From an uncultured bacterium (GTDB taxonomy: Bacteria; JAJVIF01; JAPKYR01), in the NCBI GenBank assembly GCA_965369865.1, contig CBDURU010000088.1:1-14615 (forward strand): DNA of 14,615 nucleotides, read 5' to 3'. A program made the translations under genes and the position numbers. The notes under the pieces are model-generated. The model was given only the letters and a program-made list of their open reading frames with translations. It searched no databases and had not been told where the DNA came from. Shown here piece after piece: positions 1-6,903 of this stretch; position 1 is the first letter of the stretch; each line of letters opens with the position of its first letter.

Positions 1-25
1 GTAGGGGCGCCGCTTGCTGCGCCCT
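1..25 (+). repeat. GTAG-type REP-like palindrome (GTAG-GGGCGC-cgcttgct-GCGCCC-T)
   Basis: GTAG tetranucleotide followed immediately by an imperfect GC-rich hairpin (gggcgc 5-10 pairs with gcgccc 19-24), the architecture of REP elements associated with RAYT/TnpA(REP) tyrosine transposases. Single copy in the window, sitting exactly at the window edge. Confidence 0.55.
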
Positions 26-83
26 GGTCCAAATTCAGGCTTTTGCAACGGTCTCAATAATTCAATTCTTACCGGGAGTAACC

Positions 84-1268
84 ATGAAACATCGATTTAT
101 CTTTTTGCTTACCGCGTTAATTCTATTTTCAATCCTCGCAGGATGCGGTAACACTAATCCTCCCACAATGCCAGGGGAAATCACGGTTAAAACCCAGTCG
201 CTGAAATCCGGGCATAACATGCTCGGGCTTTACCAATTCATGATCGACGAGGAAAATGAAACGCTGAATTTCGTGCCGCTCAGGGCCGGGGAACTACACC
301 TGAATATCGTAACCTTCATGGAACCCCCTGCAGGTGAAAATTTCGGTATCGATCAGGTGTTTGATTTCGAGCCTGGGAAAATTACAGTCGACCTGTTTAT
401 CAAGCATCCGTTTCCCGATCTCGACCTGGTTACGGTCTTTGATGTGTCCGGAATCATAATAAGCCATGGGTCGATGAATTATCCCTACTCCGAAACCATG
501 AAATTCCCCGGCGGGGATGACGTTCAGTTATTAAATCCCGATGGTTACATCCGGTGGTGGAACCCGGTCGAATTCCCAGAGAACCCCACGATGCCGGCGT
601 TTGGTTATGTAGACGGTATGATGGGAGTACCCGATTCTGCCGGGCAATTCGACGCCACATTGAACGGTTATAAATATTTCGCGACAGGACTTACGGATCC
701 TGCTGCCGATCTGAGCACGATAGACACATCGATGCGGGGCGCGCTTGTGCCGGGAACGACCTCGGTACGGCGATACGAGCTTGGGTTTACTCCCGGTAAT
801 TTCGTTTTCAATTACGCCATCGACGCGAATTGGGATATGCCGGATACAAGCGATGAAGTAATCGAAATTCCCGGGGATTTTTCGATATCCGCCAACCGTC
901 CGGAACCATACAGGCTGGAAATTAAAAACGTTTACAATGATTTATCATATAACGTATCTACCGGAATGGCGGAGGGAATGCTGGGAATGGACGTCTGGGT
1001 ATACGCATGGCACGGTGCGGACGAAAACATTGCATGCGCATACTCGCAGGGAGATGAACTCAGCGGTACCTGCAATCCGGAGCCAATTGAGGTAGGGGAT
1101 GGGTACGCGGTGTATCCCCTGTTGTTGTTCCCGGCGAATCTCCAGTCAACGGATGATTTAATGATCTGGGTAGGCGCGGAAGCCAAGGTATTCGGTTACC
1201 AGGGTTTCGTACCCGGAGAAATACAGGGTTTTTATGTTCAGGACTGGGTATCGGTGGCAGAGCAGTAA
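84..1268 (+). CDS. Predicted lipoprotein, 394 aa, consisting only of the shared uncharacterised N-terminal domain (paralog of 8757-11576 and 11675->14615)
   Basis: SD-like GGGAG at 74-78; signal peptide MKHRF...ILAG|C with lipobox; motifs PLRAGELHLNI, VDLFIKHPF, FDVSGI, LLNPDGY, NGYK, FNYAIDANW and ANRPEPY align in order with the two downstream paralogs. Confidence 0.9.
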   Translation: MKHRFIFLLTALILFSILAGCGNTNPPTMPGEITVKTQSLKSGHNMLGLYQFMIDEENETLNFVPLRAGELHLNIVTFMEPPAGENFGIDQVFDFEPGKITVDLFIKHPFPDLDLVTVFDVSGIIISHGSMNYPYSETMKFPGGDDVQLLNPDGYIRWWNPVEFPENPTMPAFGYVDGMMGVPDSAGQFDATLNGYKYFATGLTDPAADLSTIDTSMRGALVPGTTSVRRYELGFTPGNFVFNYAIDANWDMPDTSDEVIEIPGDFSISANRPEPYRLEIKNVYNDLSYNVSTGMAEGMLGMDVWVYAWHGADENIACAYSQGDELSGTCNPEPIEVGDGYAVYPLLLFPANLQSTDDLMIWVGAEAKVFGYQGFVPGEIQGFYVQDWVSVAEQ

Positions 1269-1356
1269 AATATACCAGGTATTAACCATTTTTAGCCACT
1301 CTGGATTGATCTACAGGTTTCCAGATAGTTTTGATTAAAATGAGAAATGAAAAATC

Positions 1357-1444
1357 CCGTAGAACAGCACGGCAGTGCGTCGAACGGCAGTGCGTAGAAA
1401 GGATTGTTTTAAGGTGGAAGACGCACTGCCGTGCTGTTCTACGG
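1357..1444. repeat. REPIN-like element, copy 1: two inverted GTAG-type REP units
   Basis: ccgtagaacagcacggcagtgcgtc (1357-1381) is the exact reverse complement of gacgcactgccgtgctgttctacgg (1420-1444), a 25-bp perfect inverted repeat around a 38-bp spacer. Each arm is GTAG + small hairpin gcac-ggca-gtgc. The same arms recur at 3181-3271. Confidence 0.8.
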
Positions 1445-1530
1445 TTTGTCGTTTTTTCGAGGGCTTTAAATGATTAATTTTTCCTATAACTGGCAAACAT
1501 TTCTTTTTTTAAAAAAAAATTTTGAAATCC

Positions 1531-1559
1531 AAAACCCACCCTTGAAGAGTGGGTTTTTT
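1531..1559. terminator. Likely bidirectional intrinsic terminator between the convergent lipoprotein gene and pyk
   Basis: aaaacccac(cct-tga-aga)gtgggtttttt: GC stem with an A-tract on the left and a T-tract on the right, located between two convergent genes. Confidence 0.7.
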
Positions 1560-1628
1560 GAAATATCATGGAAAATGGAATTTTCATGATAATGAATATT
1601 GTTTAGGGATTAATCCCGTTCTATTTTT

Positions 1629-3056
1629 CTAAATCTCCACCGCGGCCAGCAGGTTCGTATCTCCTCCACTACCTGATAAATTCCCTGTAAAGACGATCTT
1701 ATCCCCCTCGTTAAGTAAATTCCTGGATTTCCCAAGTTCGGTTGCCGCCTCAAGCATTTCTTCAACAGTGCCCTGCCTGTCGACAACAACCGGTACGACT
1801 CCCCAGTAAAGGCTTAATCTCTGGGCAATTCTGATATCCGGCGTGCAGGCAAGCACCGGTTGCGGCGGCCTTAGATGACTGAAAATACCAGCGGTTTCGC
1901 CAGAATCGGTTACACATATTATTGCCGATGCCTGGATGTCTTCCGCGAGCTGACATCCCGCATGCACAATCCCACCCCGTACCGATTCAAACCTGCCCGA
2001 AGGTCTGTCCGGCGATGAATGTCCCCCGAAATCCTGTTCCGCGCGCTGGCAGATCCTGGCCATCATCCCTACAGCTTCGACAGGATATTCTCCCACGGCG
2101 GTTTCACCCGATAACATCACCGCACTGGTTCCGTCGAGTACTGCATTGGCGACATCGGTGATTTCCGCGCGGGTCGGACGCGGAGCATGCGTCATCGATT
2201 CAAGCATTTCCGTTGCCGTAATAACCGGTTTGTGTGCCTCACGACACAACCGGATCATACGCTTTTGAACGCCCGGCACTTCCTCAGGAGGGATTTCGAT
2301 ACCCAGGTCTCCACGCGCGACCATCACACCGTCTGCTGCATCGATAATTTCATCCGGGTTTTTAACGCCTTCCGCGCTTTCGATTTTTGCAATGATCCTC
2401 GTATCGGCATCGCCAATTACATTCCTGATGAGTTTTATGTCATCCGCAGAATCCACAAACGATGCTGATATAAAATCGATACCTCCGGATTCGTCATCGT
2501 TTTGAGCGATTCCGATTTTCAAATCACCGATGTCTTCTTCCGTCAGTACCGGCAATGGGATTGTTAATCCGGGAATATTAATTCCCTTCCGTGATTTCAG
2601 TATGCCGCCCTTGATGACCATGCATTCCGCATGGCTTGAATCACTTTCGATAACCTTGAGTTCAAGGAGTCCGTCATGAAGGTAGATAGTTTTATCCGGT
2701 TTTAAGAGCCTGATGAGATCCGGCCAGTTGACACTTACCTTTTCACTTGTGCCCTCACATGGTTCCGCTGACAGGATGAATGTCTTTCCTTCTACCAGCT
2801 CGACCGATCCGGATTCAAAATTACCGACCCGGAGGTCCGGACCGCGCGTGTCAAACATAATCGCTATGTGCGTCCCGGCATCTTTTGCCAGGCGTCGGAC
2901 GGTTACCATCCTGTCAAGGTGTTCATCGAGTGTCCCGTGCGACAGATTTAACCTTGCGACATTCATCCCGCGTTCGATCATTTTGCGTAGGACGGATTCG
3001 TCATCGGTGGATGGGCCGAGTGTGCAGACAATTTTTGTGCGTTTCATAAAAATCAT
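1629..3056 (-). CDS. pyk: Pyruvate kinase (start at ATG 3056 or ATG 3047)
   Basis: Hallmark motifs KRTKIVCTLGP, ARLNLSHG, IIAKIES, GVMVARGDLGIEIP, ATEMLESM, PTRAEITDVANA, AVMLSGETA.GEYP and C-terminal alpha/beta domain (LYWGV). MKRTKIVCT suggests 3047 as an alternative start. Confidence 0.97.
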   Translation of the reverse strand: MIFMKRTKIVCTLGPSTDDESVLRKMIERGMNVARLNLSHGTLDEHLDRMVTVRRLAKDAGTHIAIMFDTRGPDLRVGNFESGSVELVEGKTFILSAEPCEGTSEKVSVNWPDLIRLLKPDKTIYLHDGLLELKVIESDSSHAECMVIKGGILKSRKGINIPGLTIPLPVLTEEDIGDLKIGIAQNDDESGGIDFISASFVDSADDIKLIRNVIGDADTRIIAKIESAEGVKNPDEIIDAADGVMVARGDLGIEIPPEEVPGVQKRMIRLCREAHKPVITATEMLESMTHAPRPTRAEITDVANAVLDGTSAVMLSGETAVGEYPVEAVGMMARICQRAEQDFGGHSSPDRPSGRFESVRGGIVHAGCQLAEDIQASAIICVTDSGETAGIFSHLRPPQPVLACTPDIRIAQRLSLYWGVVPVVVDRQGTVEEMLEAATELGKSRNLLNEGDKIVFTGNLSGSGGDTNLLAAVEI

Positions 3057-3065
3057 TGTGACCAG

Positions 3066-3094
3066 ATTTTAAAGGGTGCGGGGATTCTGGTCAA
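3066..3094 (-). promoter_or_regulatory. Sigma-70-type promoter for pyk (TTGACC-17-TAAAAT)
   Basis: Minus strand reads TTGACC (3094-3089), 17 nt, TAAAAT (3071-3066), just upstream of the pyk start codons. Confidence 0.7.
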
Positions 3095-3114
3095 ATCGAA
3101 CCCCACGATTGAGT

Positions 3115-3140
3115 AAAAAAAAAATATCCCCGCTTCAGGG
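3115..3140 (-). terminator. Weak intrinsic terminator upstream of the pyk promoter
   Basis: Minus strand ccctg-aag-cgggg hairpin followed by ata and a run of 10 T. Confidence 0.35.
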
Positions 3141-3180
3141 TTTAGAGTGGGTGAAATTGTGAATATAAGATGAGGCATAG

Positions 3181-3271
3181 CCCGTAGAACAGCACGGCAG
3201 TGCGTCATCGCCAGTGCGTCATTACCAATAATCCTGGGATTTGAGAACGCACTGCCGTGCCGTTCTACGGG
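3181..3271. repeat. REPIN-like element, copy 2: two inverted GTAG-type REP units
   Basis: cccgtagaacagcacggcagtgcgt (3181-3205) versus acgcactgccgtgccgttctacggg (3247-3271): 25-bp inverted repeat with one mismatch. Arms essentially identical to copy 1; spacer largely different. Confidence 0.8.
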
Positions 3272-3289
3272 ATATCATTTCCGTTAAAT

Positions 3290-3327
3290 AAAAAAACCCC
3301 GCATTTCGAGCGGGGTTTGTTTTTTTT
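3290..3327 (-). terminator. Intrinsic terminator of the protease-TPR operon (probably bidirectional)
   Basis: aaaaaaaccccgc-atttcga-gcggggtttgttttttt; on the minus strand the stem aaaccccgc/gcggggttt runs into a T-tract ~50-75 nt after the stop at 3365. Confidence 0.8.
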
Positions 3328-3364
3328 ATTTTAATTGTTTTAAAATTCTTCTTCCTGTTTCCGT

Positions 3365-4426
3365 TTACAACTGAGGATAAGGATTGTAGTTAATCAGATC
3401 GGGCATTACGTCCAGAAGCTGCAGGGATCCCGTGTTGAGCTCCCCGGTCTGCTTCAGGGCATTAACCTCTGCCACCGATACCGAAGCGCCCTGTATCCAG
3501 TTCAGGAACAGGAGAGTGGCCCTGATATCGTCTGCCGTGATGTCATCATGAGAGCTGTTGTAGTTGGGATCGGCAAGCAGTCCTTTTTCAAGGGCTTCTT
3601 CAGCTTCATCGAAATACCATGTGATTATTGAATAAAACGGGATGAACGGACCAAGCATTACCGGGTCCTTGTTGGCATCCCCGAGCATTGTGAGATAACA
3701 ACCACCCATACCAACCCATGCGTCCGCATCTTTCGGGTTGCTGACAGCGGAATTAAAATTGATAATCGCCTGATCCCACTCGTAGGAGTTGATTGTGTCA
3801 ATCCAGTTTCCATCCCCGTCAATGTAATACAAACCGCCCTGGTTGTCCTTGCCGCGCTTCGCGTACACCCATCCGAGACCCGTAAAAGCGGATGAAGAGT
3901 AAGTCAGGTCGGCCTGGATAAAGCGATCATGGAAAGCACGATTAAAATTTTGCAGGGCCAGCGTGTAATCCTTAGATACATATGCGTTCCAGCCGTTGTC
4001 GAGGAAGTCGTTTTCAAGAACGATATCGCCAAGGTTATATGTACCTGCGGAGACCAATGTGACGGTGTGAATATATCCCAGGTTACGACCGATCGATAAC
4101 TGGAATAAACCAATTTCAAGTGTCAACGGTACACCCATGGGAAGGTTAATGAACCTGAAGGCACCGGCATCGGGTCCTGAGGAAGCCGGCTGCATGGATG
4201 GTGTCAGGTTGCCGCCATTGGGATCGGTCAACTTAACCGTAGCCCAGGGGGTTCCAACAGGATTTCCCTCGCGATCGAGGATTCTTCCGGCGAGGACGAT
4301 GCCATCATTTGGGCCTTGTCCGGTTGGATCGTCGCTAACAGGATCGCTCCCTCCGCCACCGCAGGCAAGTGCCCCGGCGGCCAGGAGGATCGAGAGGATT
4401 ATTATTGGAAGGTATCGTAAGTTCAT
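3365..4426 (-). CDS. Predicted lipoprotein with an N-terminal carboxypeptidase-regulatory-like beta-sandwich and C-terminal TPR-like repeats
   Basis: Start moved from 4453 to ATG 4426 (GGAGG 11 nt upstream; MNLRYLPIIILSILLAAGALA|C lipobox). GRILDREGNPV..ATVKL..GAFRFINLP fits the carboxypeptidase-regulatory-like pattern; GWNAYVSKDYTLALQNFNRA, AFTGLGWVY, DADAWVGMGGCY and FDEAEEALEKGLLADPNY fit TPR helices. Confidence 0.8.
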   Translation of the reverse strand: MNLRYLPIIILSILLAAGALACGGGGSDPVSDDPTGQGPNDGIVLAGRILDREGNPVGTPWATVKLTDPNGGNLTPSMQPASSGPDAGAFRFINLPMGVPLTLEIGLFQLSIGRNLGYIHTVTLVSAGTYNLGDIVLENDFLDNGWNAYVSKDYTLALQNFNRAFHDRFIQADLTYSSSAFTGLGWVYAKRGKDNQGGLYYIDGDGNWIDTINSYEWDQAIINFNSAVSNPKDADAWVGMGGCYLTMLGDANKDPVMLGPFIPFYSIITWYFDEAEEALEKGLLADPNYNSSHDDITADDIRATLLFLNWIQGASVSVAEVNALKQTGELNTGSLQLLDVMPDLINYNPYPQL

Positions 4427-4461
4427 TTTCTTATTTTCCTCCGTTTGTTTCATGCCGGAGC

Positions 4462-6390
4462 TTAGCCGGGCAAGTCGTAGTTAAATTCGTCTATCTGAAT
4501 CACCGTAGAGGCCGCCACGGTCTCCGGGAGACTTGAATTCCATTGTGCATCGAAAGGCACGCCGATGAACTCGATCATTAACTGGCCCATAGGGTATGGG
4601 TCGGGCGTCAATGATAGGGACAGGTCCTGCGGAAAGTGTACGCGTCCGATGTATGTCGCACTGTCGACCTGTGAGAAATAAATCTCGTGACGCCAGTACG
4701 CGTTATCGAGGAAGTAAACGTATGGGAACTCCTGGTCGATTATCCCATCGAGATCGAAGTCCCAGCCGATACTGTATCGGAATGGGAACCCGTTATTCAG
4801 GGTCGTTCCCTGCGTTGCAGCCAGAAGGTTGTAATGGCTGCGTATCACGAAGATGATGTCGCCATGAATTATCGGATTTGTAAACGCTCTTACGATCATC
4901 GGGTCTTCCGTGGGGTTCGGTGCGAAGTTCCTGTCGAGACTGTCGAGTGCGTTGATCAGCCCGCGACCGCTGACATAATCCGTTCCGAGCGATCCCACAA
5001 TATCGGCATTCGCACCAACCGCGAGTGTTTCTATAACCTCGTATGGCGCCAGAAACGGGAACTGAGCCCAGATTAACGCCGCTACACCGCTGAGACAGGC
5101 TGCGGAATATGATGTTCCGGACCCTACCCCGTAACCCTGCGAGAAATCGAGCGGCATCGTTGACACCATGTCGACTCCCGGCGCCACAAAGAATGCGGCT
5201 GTCGAGGGATCGGCGGAAAGCGGAAGTGTGTTGGAATCAGGACTGATATACCTTGCCTGATCGGTCGCACCAACCGCAATTACTCCGGGGTAACTGGCGG
5301 GGTAGATCGATGTGGCTCCGTTGTCAAGAGGTCTCGCACCATCGCCTGCCGCAGCTACGAATAACACGCCGTGATCTATGGCATACTTAATCGCGCTTAG
5401 TTCCATCTGGCTCGGCCCGATCGCATTCGGTGTTTCGTAGGTATAACTCATATTTATGATGAGCCGGGCGTTATATGGGTTATTGAAAAGCCATATTTCC
5501 GCGTCATACGGGTCAAGTTTATCTTTCTGCTGCAGAAAAGTGGTTACCGCATACCAGATTCCGTCGGCTGTAAGAACACTGCTGCCGACGCCATCCTGGT
5601 CAAGAACTTTAACCGGGATAACTCGAGCGTTCCAGCTTACCGCCGCAAGGCCGTCGGCGTTGTTGGTCATGGCCGCTATGATTCCGGTAACCATCGTGCC
5701 GTGACCGTTATCATCCTGCGGATTTGCATCACCATTGACCAGGTCCTTACCGGGCAGAATTTTGTAATTCTCATAGGCGCTAGGGACATCGGCCGCCGGT
5801 GGATTCAGGTCGGGATGGTTGTAATCAAAACCGGTGTCCAGAACAGCCACAGCGACATCGCTTGCACGCGGCAAAGGATCCGGGGATACCGCCGGGTCTC
5901 CTGGCTGGATAACCCAGGCTTCCGGCACATCCATATCTTCCAGGTACCATTGCTCGCCGGAGACGAACCTCGTATCATCCGGGTCCACCCTCAGTGCAGC
6001 CATTCTTGTGATGTATACCGGTTCCGCAACATCGATCCTGGGATCGTCCCTCATCTCTGCAACGGTCAGGGCAAGGTCGGCCCCGGGGGATAGTGCAAAG
6101 TGATAGAAATCAATGAATTCCTTATAGTTAATAAGTGTGAGATTCCACTCCTCAACTATGGGATCAATTTCTTCGCCCTCAATTAACCTTAATGATATTT
6201 CGCCCGGGATTACCGCGTCATCGGAAATTAAATCCCTGACGGCTGCTTCCATCTGCCGGGCGTTGAGGGTTGCTCCAATCACAGTATCCAAGCCTCGCCC
6301 AGGCGATGCAACGTCATTTGCCGTACACCCGGCGATCAGCATAACCATGATCGGAATTGTTAATAGTAATACACTTAAACGTGAGATCAA
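4462..6390 (-). CDS. Lipoprotein S8 (subtilisin-like) serine peptidase with an N-terminal prodomain and an unassigned C-terminal domain
   Basis: Catalytic Asp (VAVLDTG), His (DDNGHGTMVTG) and Ser (GSGTSYSAA) motifs; IPVKVLD..G.G, IINMS and YPASYPGVIAVGAT are typical of S8. Start reassigned from 6516 to TTG at 6390 (GGAGG 7 nt upstream), giving MISRLSVLLLTIPIMVMLIAG|C. Prodomain-like IPGEISLRL...RDDPRIDVAEPVY. Stop lies 35 nt upstream of the TPR gene start, so probably an operon. Confidence 0.9.
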   Translation of the reverse strand: MISRLSVLLLTIPIMVMLIAGCTANDVASPGRGLDTVIGATLNARQMEAAVRDLISDDAVIPGEISLRLIEGEEIDPIVEEWNLTLINYKEFIDFYHFALSPGADLALTVAEMRDDPRIDVAEPVYITRMAALRVDPDDTRFVSGEQWYLEDMDVPEAWVIQPGDPAVSPDPLPRASDVAVAVLDTGFDYNHPDLNPPAADVPSAYENYKILPGKDLVNGDANPQDDNGHGTMVTGIIAAMTNNADGLAAVSWNARVIPVKVLDQDGVGSSVLTADGIWYAVTTFLQQKDKLDPYDAEIWLFNNPYNARLIINMSYTYETPNAIGPSQMELSAIKYAIDHGVLFVAAAGDGARPLDNGATSIYPASYPGVIAVGATDQARYISPDSNTLPLSADPSTAAFFVAPGVDMVSTMPLDFSQGYGVGSGTSYSAACLSGVAALIWAQFPFLAPYEVIETLAVGANADIVGSLGTDYVSGRGLINALDSLDRNFAPNPTEDPMIVRAFTNPIIHGDIIFVIRSHYNLLAATQGTTLNNGFPFRYSIGWDFDLDGIIDQEFPYVYFLDNAYWRHEIYFSQVDSATYIGRVHFPQDLSLSLTPDPYPMGQLMIEFIGVPFDAQWNSSLPETVAASTVIQIDEFNYDLPG

Positions 6391-6476
6391 GGCCTGGCCT
6401 CCATCAACGTTATTTATTTTTGATAAATAATACCCCGCCAATTCTCCTACTTGTACTACTGACTTTTCATCATTAA

Positions 6477-6528
6477 CAGCGGCATCAGTCCATGACATAC
6501 TATTAAGGTATGCCAAAAACGGCCGCTA
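6477..6528 (-). promoter_or_regulatory. Long stem-loop in the predicted 5' leader of the protease operon
   Basis: Minus strand: agcggc-c-gttt-t-tggcatac-[cttaata]-gtatgtca-t-ggac-tgat-gccgct; nested stems whose non-Watson-Crick pairs are G-U on this strand. Confidence 0.5.
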
Positions 6529-6554
6529 AGATCAGGGCCAATAGTAGAAAAGTG

Positions 6555-6583
6555 AGTATACCGACGGGCTGGTTGAAAGTCAA
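6555..6583 (-). promoter_or_regulatory. Sigma-70-type promoter P1 of the protease operon (TTGACT-17-TATACT)
   Basis: Minus strand TTGACT (6583-6578), 17 nt, TATACT (6560-6555); each hexamer is 5/6 to consensus. Confidence 0.75.
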
Positions 6584-6654
6584 CTGTAACTGATTCCCGA
6601 GCCGGTTCGTACATCTCACGGCCCCAATCTTTTTCGTTTATTGTAAGTTACAAA

Positions 6655-6683
6655 AGGATACCATAATATTCAAATAGTGTCAA
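6655..6683 (-). promoter_or_regulatory. Sigma-70-type promoter P2 of the protease operon (TTGACA-17-TATCCT with extended -10 TG)
   Basis: Minus strand TTGACA (6683-6678), 17 nt ending in tgg, TATCCT (6660-6655). Confidence 0.65.
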
Positions 6684-6842
6684 TATCTGAACAGGATTTT
6701 TTTAATGGTCTTTGGCAAAATTTTAAAATAAGGCGATTATCTCATCCCGACTTTAACAGATTTCATGTAGCTATGAACGATATTATACACGTGCGGCCCC
6801 TCGGATTAATCCTGATTATTCCGGGGGTTCGGAGTTTTGCTA

Positions 6843-6871
6843 TTGTTAGTACGGCCTCTGGAATTTATAAT
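6843..6871 (+). promoter_or_regulatory. Sigma-70-type promoter for the rpoN-like gene (TTGTTA-17-TATAAT)
   Basis: TTGTTA 6843-6848, 17 nt, perfect TATAAT 6866-6871; SD-like GAGGAGG at 6882-6888 before ATG 6904. Confidence 0.6.
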
Positions 6872-6903
6872 TAAAGAAGCCGAGGAGGCGTAATTTTTAA
6901 AAG

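Noticed and set aside
1501..1591. T7-A9 run and AT-rich inverted repeat tatcatggaaa/ttttcatgata as a distinct element
   Set aside because: Low-complexity AT-rich sequence between convergent genes; nothing beyond possible auxiliary termination structure can be supported.
1357..3271. Repeated 25-bp units as a CRISPR array
   Set aside because: Units occur as inverted pairs 1.8 kb apart, not as direct repeats with regular unique spacers; no cas genes in the window.
4427..4453. ORF-track start 4453 for the TPR lipoprotein
   Set aside because: The extension contains the GGAGG SD for ATG 4426, which begins a typical signal peptide.
6499..6516. TTGGCATAC on the minus strand as a sigma-54 -24/-12 promoter for the protease
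   Set aside because: The GG is followed 10 nt later by TA, not GC. Similar TGGCA hits at 1491, 6713 and (minus strand) 11673 also lack the -12 GC.
6391..6516. ORF-track N-terminal extension of the protease (start 6516)
   Set aside because: It would bury the signal peptide 42 residues inside the protein; TTG 6390 has a well-spaced GGAGG and gives a normal lipoprotein signal.
6677..6874. 65-aa intergenic ORF upstream of rpoN
   Set aside because: GTG start without an SD, overlaps predicted promoters on both strands, no recognisable motif.
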